From Perkinsus olseni (taxonomy: Eukaryota), in contig JABANN010000040.1 of NCBI GenBank assembly GCA_013115125.1, positions 62,001-108,851 of the forward strand: 46,851 nt of DNA. The letters run 5' to 3'. The notes beneath the pieces are model-generated. The model was given only the letters and a program-made list of their open reading frames with translations. It did no database searches and was not told where the DNA came from. The position numbers and the translations under genes are program-made. Shown one piece after another: positions 36,275 to 46,851 of the stretch. The stretch's first letter is position 1. The number at the start of each line of letters is the position of its first letter.

Positions 36275-37454
36275 ATGGAACCCAGGCAATTGCTCTCCAC
36301 AGCCATTACTCTTTTATGTTAATCTCATCATCGTCTTCACTACTGCTGCTGTTCGCCCTATCCCCTTCGGTGGCCGTCAAGTTACCTGCGACCGCTCCAC
36401 GGCACGTCATTACTGGGGATACCTCCATTCCTGTGGATCAAGTAGTATCCTCATAGCCGCCCCTGCTTGGAGCGGACTGATTCAGCATGGAAGCTTCCTA
36501 GAGGCTAACCCACGACGAAGCGGGTCGGAAGTCCTTGAAGAGGAGGAGGAAGACGAAGAGGATGACGATGACGAGTCAGTGCTCGAGTTACCGCTTGCCA
36601 TGAGCATCCTGGGTAGGGCTGGCAACGTCTTCGTCGGACAGGAGTACTGTCGGAAGCCCTTCGTTATTTCTCAGGTGTCGCCCGTCCAGCGCCATCTCAC
36701 AGCGCGTGGGATTCAGGAGTAGTACCAGGTAGGATTGAGGGCTCTGTTTGGATCGAGTTCGATCTCCCTTGCAACTCTGTTAGATTCAACTATTGAATCG
36801 GCATCATTCGTGGAGAGCTCCACATCAACACTCCCCGCGTCCCCGGAGACCGTCTCTCTGGTCGAAAGACAGCAAAGTGAGTACACTTTTGCCACTATTG
36901 CCTGAGAGTGCTTGCTGAGCTCAGGTTCATCATCACTGGCAATGACGGCAGACCCTGGAGCAGTGCTGAAGTTGGTGGTCGCTTGGGTGAGCTGTAGCAT
37001 TGAGGAGGTACTGGATTGAATGTTTACTCTCAGTGCTCTAATATCTGGTTTATCTGCCTCGCCTCTATCGGTGCTTATTTTGCCTATGACAAAATGTACG
37101 ACCAGCGCAGGCGGACTAAGTCCGTCATAGTCTCGAATGAAGGTAGGATACAGTCCTTGGATTCCCCTGCGACATTGCCTTCGGTGGTCAGCTTGCTTCA
37201 TTGCCACGCCACCCCTGCTGGTGTCGGTTGTCGGTAGTGAGGGCGATACACAGCCTTTAGAGGATATCAACGATACCTGCTGGACGGGCTCCCAGGCCAG
37301 TTTGACGGAGGAGTCCAACGAGTCTGCCTCCAGCGTTGTGGACGACTGCCTACGGAGGGTAGGGAAGCGGTGCTCCTGGTGCCTCATGGCTTCGCTCGGA
37401 TCCTTCGATCGTATCGAGTCGGAAGGGATTGAACTCGGTTGCGGAAACCCTTGA
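36275..37454 (+). CDS. Hypothetical signal-peptide, single-pass membrane protein, multi-exon
   Basis: Spliced model: MEPRQLLSTAITLL signal-like start, acidic tract EEEEEDEEDDDDE, hydrophobic LVVAW|CSNIWFICLASIGAYFAY followed by basic residues. Confidence 0.5.
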
Positions 37455-38890
37455 ATAGAATGCGTCTGAGTAACAAGGCCCACTCGAACCGAGGAATGGT
37501 GGGTATTAGTCGTTCTGGTAGCAGTCATCGTACGAGTAGGTGACGGAGCGGTATTGCTCGTCATGCTCAGCTCTTGTTGTAGTTGGACCCACCTGCCGCC
37601 CCTGGGAAGCATGCCGAGCACTTTCTGTTAACTCCGAGATCCGAGACATTCTCCTATTCCAGTGCTTGAGGTCATCATGACGTGGACTTCGTGAGGTCGT
37701 TGAGGCGGATACTGTTGTGTTACAGATAGTCATTGGGAAACATAGTCTGGAGGGGCTATACTGGGAGATGGCATAAGCCAACGCTCCGTCAGTGAGGCCA
37801 GCCCGCCTGGTGGAATGGATAATCGGCAGCCCAGCTTTTTGACAAGCCACGTACCCACCACAGATAGATATCGTCCGAAATCGCTTCTCATCCAGTGTTC
37901 CTTATTTTGGGGCATTCATGGGACTTGGCGATCATAGCTTTCGAGGACAGTGTGCTGTTTTCCATCGCTTGGTAGTCACTGCCACAGGCAGTCATCGCCA
38001 AGCTGGGTATCGCTGTACGACGTCTACCCTGTTTCTCTTCGGTTATGAACGCTTCTTCCCCGAAGATCGAGATACGCAAATAGCTTAAGGAGAAATCGGG
38101 CCCTCCGATTCGGGAGGATATGTAGCTAAGAGATTTAAGATTTGTCAGGCTAAGCTACGCTAGATAGGGCACGTCTTCGTAGCTCCGTAACGACGTCCAG
38201 TGGACGTACACCATTTCCAGACCTGCTTGGTGAAATCCCAGACCATTTCAATAGACTCTAGACCAGGTCAGAGCCCTGGGCAATTGGATTAATCCCAGAC
38301 CAACTCCCTGTGACCGCCGAAAGATTTGCATTCATGAGAATTTAGCAGAACTCGAGAAGTCATAAGCAAGAATGGAAGCACGCAGAATCGTCATCCTGTC
38401 TGAAGCAAGTGCTCGGTGTCCTCCAGATCGCAGGTTGGAAAGTCTAGTCTAGTGGGCTCCCACTCCCCAATGAGGATACAGTGCTCGAACATGATTTCAG
38501 TACTGTATAAATGAGAGCGTAGTGTCTCGTAGCATCTAATTTGATCTGCGAATGGTGTAGTTGTCTCAGGCGTGGTTGTCTGACTCGGTGACTCGTGTCA
38601 ACTTGGGTACTATCTATACGTTTGGTCGTGTCTGGGTTGCATTACATCCTTGGCTGGGGTTCAACGCGTGAGACCTCGTGACTCGGCAGCTTCACGCGTC
38701 TCCGCGGCAGCTTCGCACGTGATCGCGAAATGGCGACTGCACGCGCACCGCAGAAGCCCCTCTTTGCGTTCGCATCCCGTCTGCCGATCTTCGCCGTTCC
38801 AGAAGGCAATCATCATAGACCACATCTCATCCGAGCGTCTTGCCGCTACCGCTTCATCTCCCTCCATTTGAGTGTCTTCCCTCTAAGTTA

Positions 38891-39575
38891 ATGGTCATCG
38901 GACGATCGAGCTCGGTCGAGTTCGATGACTCCCCAAAGCACTTCTTGGCGTATCTTGGGAGCCACGAATACTACGGTGGTTACTTGACTACGAGAAGAGC
39001 CCGCGTTCGAGGTGTTACCTGCACACGGAGGTCTCTTCAGTTTGATCATACTCGGTTTTGTATTCATCGTTATCACCACCATCGTCTTCTATTACACGTG
39101 GATATCATATTCGGTGGCGTTACACCAAGCCGAAGCTGTGTCTTTCTCGATTATACAGTTGGAAGTAACTAGCCCCATGGATTGCCTTTTGCTCACGCTC
39201 ATCAATCAATCTCTATGCATGCGAGGTACCGCCGTTGTGAAGGTGACAAGTGACGTATCCAGCCCAATCACCGTGGCCAAACTTGCCGGTGAGTTGCACG
39301 GTTCGAGTTGGGACTCTTCTGATTCTTACCCTATCACCATCCTGATTGGGTCGTTTCAGACGAGCCCTCTAACGGCACTTGCAAGAGACGTTCCCGTGTA
39401 CCTGTTTACCAACTTGAGAGAGGCGTACGCTAGCTTGCCTCAGCCACCCCCCTATGCCCACGTGCAGGTTATTTCGTGGTATTCTGTTCTGCGAATCTCG
39501 GGCTGGGAATATAAAACAATGGGAGTTCGTACTCCGGTCGAAATCCACAACTTCACGTTGTGTCCACCGCGGTGA
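38891..39575 (+). CDS. Single-TM (type II-like) hypothetical protein, tandem copy 1
   Basis: Paralog of 41477-42157. A 2-nt deletion near 39035 is either a frameshift or lies in an intron ending at a pyrimidine-rich CAG. Downstream indels preserve frame. Confidence 0.55.
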
Positions 39576-40300
39576 TTAGAAGTATCGTATAGCGGTGCTG
39601 GAGCTCTTTTTGCGTCGGCTGGGGGCGTCTCCTCATTCGAGAGATTCGGATGATACTATCATTATCTTTCACACGAGTTACCATCTGAGCTTCGCGTAGA
39701 ATTCGTGAAATGTCGAGCAGTACCTGGCCATCAATCTGTCTGGTGGAAGCGGTGTTGGGTTTATTTCTGTGAATGATGATGGAATTTCTTCTTGTGGCGG
39801 TTCATTGCACGCTCGAGGCTCTCTCAGCACAGCTAACACGGGTAACTCGAGGTGACACGACTCGTGTCACACGAGCTACAAAATAAAGTCTCCATGGCCG
39901 TGGGCTCTGGGTTATTATGCAACGCTCTCTACTGCACGAGGATGTCCCGCTCGTGTGCACGGCTGGGTCATTGGAGTCCTTCAGAGAGCTTGCTCAATGA
40001 TAAATTGTGTCCGTTGTGTTAAACGTGGCGGACGGTCTTCTCGTTACACAGGAGTCGTTGAACAAACCACTTCTGAGCACTCAGAATCGATCCTGGAACC
40101 GCATTTTACGTGTAAAAATGAATTTTAGAATCGACTCTGAGATTCAGAATTACTCTACTGAACGGGAGGACATATTTACTATTCTTTCTCAACCATCTGC
40201 GGGCGATCTCTGAGCGCTCTCACCTCATCGGTGCAACGATGATGTTCTCAGAACACTGCTCTGTTACCCAATACCTCAGACTCGGGCTCTGATCTGGGTT

Positions 40301-40505
40301 GGCACCAAAGATGCCAATCTGTACAGCAGTATCTCCTTTAGCGTTACCGTACTCAGCTCGGCATCGTCTGACGAACTCGTCGTACATAGGCTCGGCGTCA
40401 CCGGGCCCCATGGCCAGCCTGTAGTCGGGCTTATTACCCTGACAGTCGAGTGTCAATCGACCAGGCAACTGCACACCATTCGCAAACAAGCTCAACTTCC
40501 TTACG
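40301..40505 (-). pseudogene. Orphan duplicate of a DTD exon with its upstream intron remnant
   Basis: 40301-40446 is nearly identical to 42833-42977 ([26 protein letters not shown]); the other DTD exons are absent. Confidence 0.85.
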
Positions 40506-40547
40506 TAGCCCGCGACGGGGAATGTTCTTTCACGCCAGTGCTTTAGG

Positions 40548-40809
40548 TAGAGCTGGGCAACCGTACTGGGGTCGAGGACAGTACGGTACGGAGTACGTTT
40601 TGAACTGTCACCCTAGTACGGGTACGGAGAACTAGTACGTATTAAATATATTAAACAACGCATACGTGTATTAAATTACGCCGTACTTCAAGTACGGCGT
40701 ACCAGTACGGTACTTGGAAATCGCTGCGATGGGCAGTTCGGTTACGGAGCCGTACTCGTACCCGACAGTACTCCGTACTGGACCGTTCCCGTACTGCCGC
40801 CCACCTCTA
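40548..40809. mobile_element. Non-autonomous hAT-type MITE, 262 bp
   Basis: Imperfect terminal inverted repeats TAGAGCTGGGC / GCCCACCTCTA; 8-bp target duplication GCTTTAGG (40540-40547) / GCTTGAGG (40810-40817); many subterminal GTACGG/CCGTAC motifs; AT-rich core. Confidence 0.8.
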
Positions 40810-41476
40810 GCTTGAGGTCATCATAAAGTGGACTTCGTGCGGTCGTGGAGGCAGATATTATTGTATTGGGAATGATCATTGGGAAACGCCGTTTCCGAAT
40901 CGGACTGCGGACTGTGTCCTACACGCAGCAAGTGGTATCAGCCAACGCCCCGTCAGCGGGGTCAGTGCATTTTGTCGTTGGTAGTGGAACACCCGTACAC
41001 GCCCACGCGGCGAGGGCGCAGAGAGATCCACGGTATGCCTCTCAGAGATAATCTCCGAGTGCGTGAAACAACAGCGCAGCCAACTGGCTTGACACCGTGT
41101 TCCGCCAAGTTGACTGCCGGATGTTACACTCTCTCGGAGAGAGTCTCTCCTCAGGTGGTCGTAGTAACTCTGCGGGCACCAACTCTTTCATGCGAAGATG
41201 AGACCCGAAGTTTCGCCAACGCTCTCGTGTCTCCCATCGGAGGCCGGTAGATCCGTCGCGATAGTGTAGATAATGCGGCTATTGCGAACAGCATGGGGAT
41301 GTTTCTTAGGGTTTCTCGTGGCAGGCCTCATCTGCATGTGCACAATATCTACAACCCGACTATTAGAAGCAATAAGTTACGATTACGCCACGGGTCACTT
41401 GGTGCCGCGGCGCCTTCACGTGTCACTGCCTCGCCTCCACGCGTGACCATGGATTGAGTGTCTTCCCTGCGAGTTA

Positions 41477-42157
41477 ATGATCATCGGACGATCGTGCCCG
41501 GTCGAGGTCGATGACTCCCCAAAGCACTTCTTGGCGTATCTTGGGAGCCACGAATTCTACGGTGGTTACTCCACTATGAAAAGAGCCCGCGTTCGAGGTG
41601 TTTCCTGCACAAGGAGGTCTCTCTACAGTTGGATCATACTCGGTTTTATATTCATCGTTATCACCACCATCGTCTTCTATTACACGTGGATATCATATTC
41701 GGTGGCGTTACACCAAGCCGAAGCTGTGTCTTTCTCGATTATGCAGTTGGAAATAACGAGCCCCATGGATTGCCTGTTGTTCACGCTCATCAATCAATCT
41801 CTATGCATGCGAGGTACCGCCGTTGTGAAGGTGACAAGTGACGTATCCAGCCCAATAACTGTGGTCAAGCTAGCCGGCGTGTTGCACGGTTCGAGTTGGA
41901 ATTCCTCCTTCCCTGGGCCTATCAACATCGAGATTGCCTCGTTTCAGACAAGCCCTATGGCGAGTACGAGCAACGTTTCGTTTTATCTCTTCACGGATTT
42001 CGAAGAGACGTACACCACTCTGATGCAGCCACCGCCCTATGCGTACTTGGAGGTTATCACTTGGTACTCTGTTCTGCGGATAGCGGGTTGGGAATATGAA
42101 GTGAGCTCACATTCTCCCATCGCCGTCGACAACTTCACGTTGTGTCCACCACGGTGA
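41477..42157 (+). CDS. Single-TM (type II-like) hypothetical protein, tandem copy 2
   Basis: 226-aa ORF with TM segment WIILGFIFIVITTIVFYYTW and a beta-rich C-terminal region; frame conserved with copy 1. Confidence 0.6.
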   Translation: MIIGRSCPVEVDDSPKHFLAYLGSHEFYGGYSTMKRARVRGVSCTRRSLYSWIILGFIFIVITTIVFYYTWISYSVALHQAEAVSFSIMQLEITSPMDCLLFTLINQSLCMRGTAVVKVTSDVSSPITVVKLAGVLHGSSWNSSFPGPINIEIASFQTSPMASTSNVSFYLFTDFEETYTTLMQPPPYAYLEVITWYSVLRIAGWEYEVSSHSPIAVDNFTLCPPR

Positions 42158-42694
42158 CCACATTAATGAATCTCTGTCTGCGTCAGCAAGGCGAGCCCCC
42201 TCCTTCCAAACCATTGCTCTTCACAATATCATTCGCACGATTCATCGTTTGTGCCCTTCGCAAAGCTCGTGAGCTCTCGCCCAACATCTTGTCATCATTT
42301 TTGTTTAGCACAAACGGTGTTGCGTTCACTTTCGGAGGTAATGAGGAAGATTTCTCCTCGCTCTTTGCGATGGTTTTCTGAGCACCCGAGGCTCTCTGCT
42401 CTATCACGCACGGACGGCTACTCAACGTGACACTGAGGAATGACATACTGTATCATCAACAATCATCATGATTCAATCGTTCCCTTCGTGCTCACACCCG
42501 CCCGATCACTATTCCATTTCGTCCATTCTGAGAACTCATTAGCAGACGACACACCTTCATCCACCGCAACTCCGCACGGCATCCGACTGAGTCGTTTCAA
42601 AAAGGTACGCAAGTCGGATATCTCAACCAGAAAGGACGTCGCAAGGAACATTAGTAACATCAAGTGTTGCAATTATCGCTATACACCGAGTACT

Positions 42695-43358
42695 CTACTT
42701 CTGCTTCTTCGGATCCTTCGGCATGTACTCGTCGGTATCGACAACCAGTGTGACTGGGCCATCGTTATTCAAGGAAACATCTGACGGTCAACAGTGGAAG
42801 CCAGCTGGAAGGAAAATAATCTCACCCATGTGGGCACCGAAGATGCCAGTCTGTACAGCAGTATCTCCCTTAGCGTTACCGTACTCAGCTCGGCATCGTC
42901 TGACGAACTCGTCGTACATAGGCTCGGCGTCACCGGGCCCCATGGCCAGCCTGTAGTCGGGCTTATTACCCTGACAGTGTCAGTCAACCAGGCAACTACG
43001 ACTTTCTCAGCTACATCAAATGGCATCGCTTTGCTAGCTTACCTTCCTCAGGAGGCCAAAGAGAGTAAACTGCGATATGACAAGAAGCTGATAGTCCTTG
43101 TCGAGCACGGAAGCCCTCCACGCAGTGCCCTTATCGTCGTCCCATAGACGAACCTTCATACACTTCCGCACACAGTAGTCCAGCTCTTCCCTAGATAACA
43201 ACCAGCGTCAAGCCACCACCACCTCACACCGCCATCTCTTACATCGTGTCGGTCTCCTTGATGCCAACCAGCAAGACTAGCCCTCTACCTATCTTACCAA
43301 CGACGTTATTCTCTACAGTTACACTAGCTTGCGTGACACGTTGTATGACGACTCTCAT
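42695..43358 (-). CDS. DTD1: D-aminoacyl-tRNA deacylase, 4 exons
   Basis: [47 protein letters not shown] motifs. Confidence 0.95.
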
Positions 43359-43585
43359 TGGGCCCAGTGCGCTTAGAAGAAAAATAACTCTGGAACCTCA
43401 GCTGAGCCAATCAGCCGCACTACTGAACTCAAGCACTAACAGAGATCATTGGGAAACCACTGTCTAGAACGGTTACAGCACTACCATGAATAAAAAACAT
43501 TCAACAGAGCGAATTGAACCCAAACTTGAGGACAGAGTAATACCGGATTGCACGCAATGATGACGACAGAAGCATTCAGAAGATG

Positions 43586-43987
43586 CTACGAGGACTCCTC
43601 TCGTGCGTCAAGCTCTTTCTTTTCTCTTTCATATCTTTTCTTGTCGTCCTCGCTAAGCTTGACGTAGTACTGCTTCTCCTCGTCGGACAGCTAACCACAG
43701 GCAGCACAGTACTGCAGGATCTTTCCAAGCAGGGCTTACGTTTTTCCATTTTTCTCCCAACTTTTTCGCAATTTCGCCCAACTGTTTGCTTTCGAAACCG
43801 AACTCCACTTTAACCTTCTCTCGGTTTTCTTGAGCGAACATGAAGTACCTGAATGAAGACGTGCGACGCCGAAAAAAACACAATTTTACGGTGTTAGCGC
43901 TCGCTTAACCTTGGGCTTTCCGGCGTCCTTCTTCGAGGCCCTCTTTCCCTCCTTACGCACCTTACTGACGTCATTTTTAGGCGTCAT
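43586..43987 (-). CDS. Small single HMG-box protein (NHP6/HMGB-like), 3 exons
   Basis: KRALTPYFMFAQENREKVK..EIAKKLGEKWKN|LSDEEKQYYVKLSEDDKKRYEREK. Confidence 0.93.
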
Positions 43988-44340
43988 ACGTCACCCTGTA
44001 CAGCGGCCGGAATGCTGATGTTCTTCATGTCTTCCTGTTTTCAACAACGCAGGGCGAGCGAGATTCGCACTGTCGTGCGTTGTCGCAGCAGACGTTGCGT
44101 ACACTTGGTGCCACGTGTATAATTCCGTTTCCACTCAAAAAAAAACTTGGTGCCACTTCTGGGTTGAAGAGAACGCGATGACGACGGTTCGAAGATGCGG
44201 GGATGGGAAAGAATCTTAGGTTGAACCTTGATCTCCGCGGAATAACTGCGAAATGCATATCTTCCTGCTTCGCTTGTATGACATTAGTGTCCCGTTTCAG
44301 CAAGGCCCCACTTCTTTGGGCGTTGGTGAGTTCTTCTCCC
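43988..44340. promoter_or_regulatory. Divergent intergenic region with a 12-bp direct repeat
   Basis: ACTTGGTGCCAC at 44103-44114 and 44145-44156; the first copy overlaps CACGTG. Lies between head-to-head HMG and GSK3 genes. Confidence 0.45.
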
Positions 44341-46076
44341 ATGCCTTCACACAACGGGGACCATCGACGAGGCAACGGCGGTAGTAACGGAGGAAGAGGT
44401 GGTGGAGCGACTTACAAGGTACTACTGTCGATACCACCAGTACGGGGCGCCAACCCGCAGCTATCAGGCCCAGCGTATAATAGGATCCGGCGCCTTCGGG
44501 GTCGTTTACGAAGCGAAAGTGCAGGAAACTGGGGAAACCGTCGCCATTAAAAAAGTGTAGGAGACTGCGTGTCTGAGAAGTAGTTAGTGATTACAGTGGT
44601 GTAGCATTGCACATACCGATAGGCTGTTGAAACGCTCCGCTGCTGACCATTGCCAGATTTCAAGACAAACGGTTCAAAAACAGAGAACTCCCTACTCTCA
44701 AAGAGCTGAAGCATCCTAATATTGTAGCACTCAAGCATGCTTTTCACACAGCTGGGGAGACGCCTAATGACCTGTAGGCAGCAACAGCCACTATTCGACA
44801 ACCCGGTATCACCGTGTGTCGTCTTAGGTATCTGAACCTCGTCATGGAATATGTTCCTGATAATCTGTATCAAGTTATGAAGTAGGAAGTGGACGGTTGT
44901 TGCTGCTGCTGCCTTTGCCTAGGATTTGGTCGATAATAGGTATTATACCAAAGTCAAGAGCTACATGCCGTCACAGTTGGTAAAATTGTATTCATATCAA
45001 ATTCTGCGGGCTGTTGGCTACGTGAATGCAAAGGGGATTGCTCATCGCGACATCAAGCCGCAGAATATTCTCGTCTGTCCGTCAACACACACCATCAAAT
45101 TGTGCGACTTTGGATCCGCCAAGAGGCTGTCAATGGGAGAGGATAATGTTGCATACATCTGCAGCAGGTTTTACCGAGCTCCCGAGCTCATTTTCGGAGC
45201 GACCGGATACACCAAAAAAGTAGTAATAGAGGCAGTAGTAGTAGAAGTTTTGCGGTAGCGGGAGAATTTTGAGGATCATGGTGGTGGTGGTGGTGGTGGT
45301 GGTGGTATATGAAATCTCCTTCGGAGGGATGCTGTGAATAGAGCATTGGCATGAATTTACCGTTACTCGAGGCGGGCACGTCCCCTAGATGGGTAGGAGC
45401 GCTGACTGAGTATATAGCAGTAGTAGTAGCATTGGGCTATTACCGCGCGCCGCGAAAATGTTATTGGGTTGTTGATAGGTTGACATATGGTCGGCCGGCT
45501 GCGTGATAGCAGAGATGTGTCTGGGGTACCCTCTTTTTCCGGGCGAATCTGGGGTCGACCAACTGGTAGAGATAATCAAGGTTTTGGGAACGCCTACAGC
45601 TGAGCAGGTTGGAAGATTCCAATTTTCGAACTCTAATTTCGAGCCTGGGGGTATCTTTTCAGGTTGCTGCTATGAACCCGAAGTATAAAGATTTCGATCT
45701 GAAGGCTTTCCCGAGTATCAAACCGATGGGGCTGGCAAATGCCCTCCGCGGTCGACCGCAGGCGGATAGGGGTTTCGAGGCTTTATTACGGGTTCTACTG
45801 AGGTTCGAGCCTGAAGCACGCATGTCTCCTATTCTGGCGCTCTGCTTGGACTACTTCGAGCAGTTAAGGCTTCAAAAAGACCTGGGCAAGGAGATCGAGG
45901 CAGCGGGTGGCCTACCGAGTGAGCTTTTCAAATTTACAACAGAAGAGCTCGCGGAAGTTGGTGACCCCCGGCGACTGGCCCCTCGGCGCGTTCACGCCCC
46001 TCAAGTCGCGATGAGCGGTAGTAACTCTCCCCCTCCTTCTCTACCGCCATCAGATGCGCTCCAATCATCGTGTTAG
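44341..46076 (+). CDS. GSK3: Glycogen synthase kinase 3 / shaggy-like kinase, multi-exon
   Basis: [84 protein letters not shown]. Confidence 0.97.
45245..45429 (+). repeat. Intronic dispersed repeat, copy B, bounded by 13-bp direct repeats
   Basis: Matches 10275-10420 with an expanded (GGT)n tract; GCAGTAGTAGTAG at 45232-45244 and 45417-45429; inside GSK3 intron 45220-45478. Confidence 0.9.
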
Positions 46077-46781
46077 TCTGGTATGATTCCTGCTCTCTTT
46101 TTCTGGGCGACAAGATAAACAATAACAATGACAAACTCCCTATCAGCGCCGTTTCTGTACCCTGTTGCCATTGGGCGAAGCCACAGACGTCAGAACTCTC
46201 GTCACCAATGATTGTAGTAATCGTGGCATCGACAGTCGCACTAGTAACAGCAGTAGTAGTCGGTAAGGCGGTGATGCTGATGATGATGCTAGCATCGTCA
46301 CCAGCCACAACCACAATTATATACAGTATGATGATCCTGCCGACTGGTTTTTATATACATTAGAACGTCTTGAGTTAGAGTAGGGTCCGAAGCACCGATG
46401 CTGCGGGGAGGCTTATCTTCAGTTTACCTGTATGGCAGTGTCAGGCCATCTCGAGCAGCGGTCCAGCAGCAGCAGCAACAGCTCAGATTGCAGCCCCACT
46501 TCCCAGGCTGGCAGTGAGTACGAAGTCATCCCTGCTGTGGGGGAGGGTAGCTCAGGTATAAGGAAAATACGCTGGTAGGCATCGACGGTTGCGCTTCAGA
46601 CAACGAGAGCCTCGGACCCCCGTCTACGGTGAAGGTCAAGGTCAGCAGAGCTCCTCGCTCGGGTAGCTAGCCGCAGGAAAGGGTTGCAGTCCAGTGCCCT
46701 TCCTCAGTGTTTTGGGCCACCGTGCAGCTGTTGAACGTCCTAGGCAAACAAAGGAGCCTCGCTGACGTTCGGTACCCTTAC

Positions 46782-46782
<1 letters not shown>

Positions 46783-46851
<69 letters not shown>
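46783..46851. repeat. (GTT)23 microsatellite running off the window end
   Basis: Perfect trinucleotide run. On the minus strand it is followed by a GTAAG donor, so it could be a homopolymer-coding exon of a truncated gene. Confidence 0.95.

Noticed and set aside
36713..37621. 302-aa minus-strand ORF
   Set aside because: Non-ATG start and antisense to a coherent spliced plus-strand membrane-protein model; probably a shadow ORF.
37500..38340. Possible minus-strand multi-exon gene
   Set aside because: Could not assemble a consistent frame or recognise a product.
40560..40800. CRISPR-like or satellite array of GTAC repeats
   Set aside because: Repeats are 4-8 nt, irregularly spaced and in both orientations; explained as MITE subterminal motifs.
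42183..42672. Short minus-strand ORFs in the duplication spacer with faint similarity to the paralogous spacer (SR.LR.AQ)
   Set aside because: Stops and frameshifts in the paralog and no consistent gene model; the similarity is explained by the duplication itself.

Overview
Gene-dense eukaryotic nuclear DNA with many short (about 40-70 nt) GT-AG introns. Intron style and gene content suggest an alveolate protist, probably Perkinsus or a relative (inference, no database check). Exon joins were reconstructed by eye, so the ORF track shows only fragments of most genes. Recognisable genes, left to right: ArfGAP, single-domain MgtE transporter, PAM2-motif proline-rich protein, ABHD17-like hydrolase, OEP61/TPR7-like TPR-STI1 protein, BT1 folate/biopterin transporter, RNA polymerase III subunit RPC2, kelch protein, kinesin-3, ABCF ATPase, several hypothetical proteins, D-aminoacyl-tRNA deacylase, HMG-box protein and GSK3. 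The most unusual structure is non-coding: (1) a ~150-185 nt element shared by introns of two unrelated genes 35 kb apart; (2) a perfect 23-bp hairpin between two candidate 3' splice sites in a kinesin intron; (3) an inverted, strand-scrambled copy of an ABCF exon just downstream of its parent gene; (4) a 262-bp hAT-type MITE near the junction of a ~2.55-kb tandem duplication. No rRNA, intact tRNA or CRISPR array was seen, and no complete novel system can be demonstrated from sequence alone.
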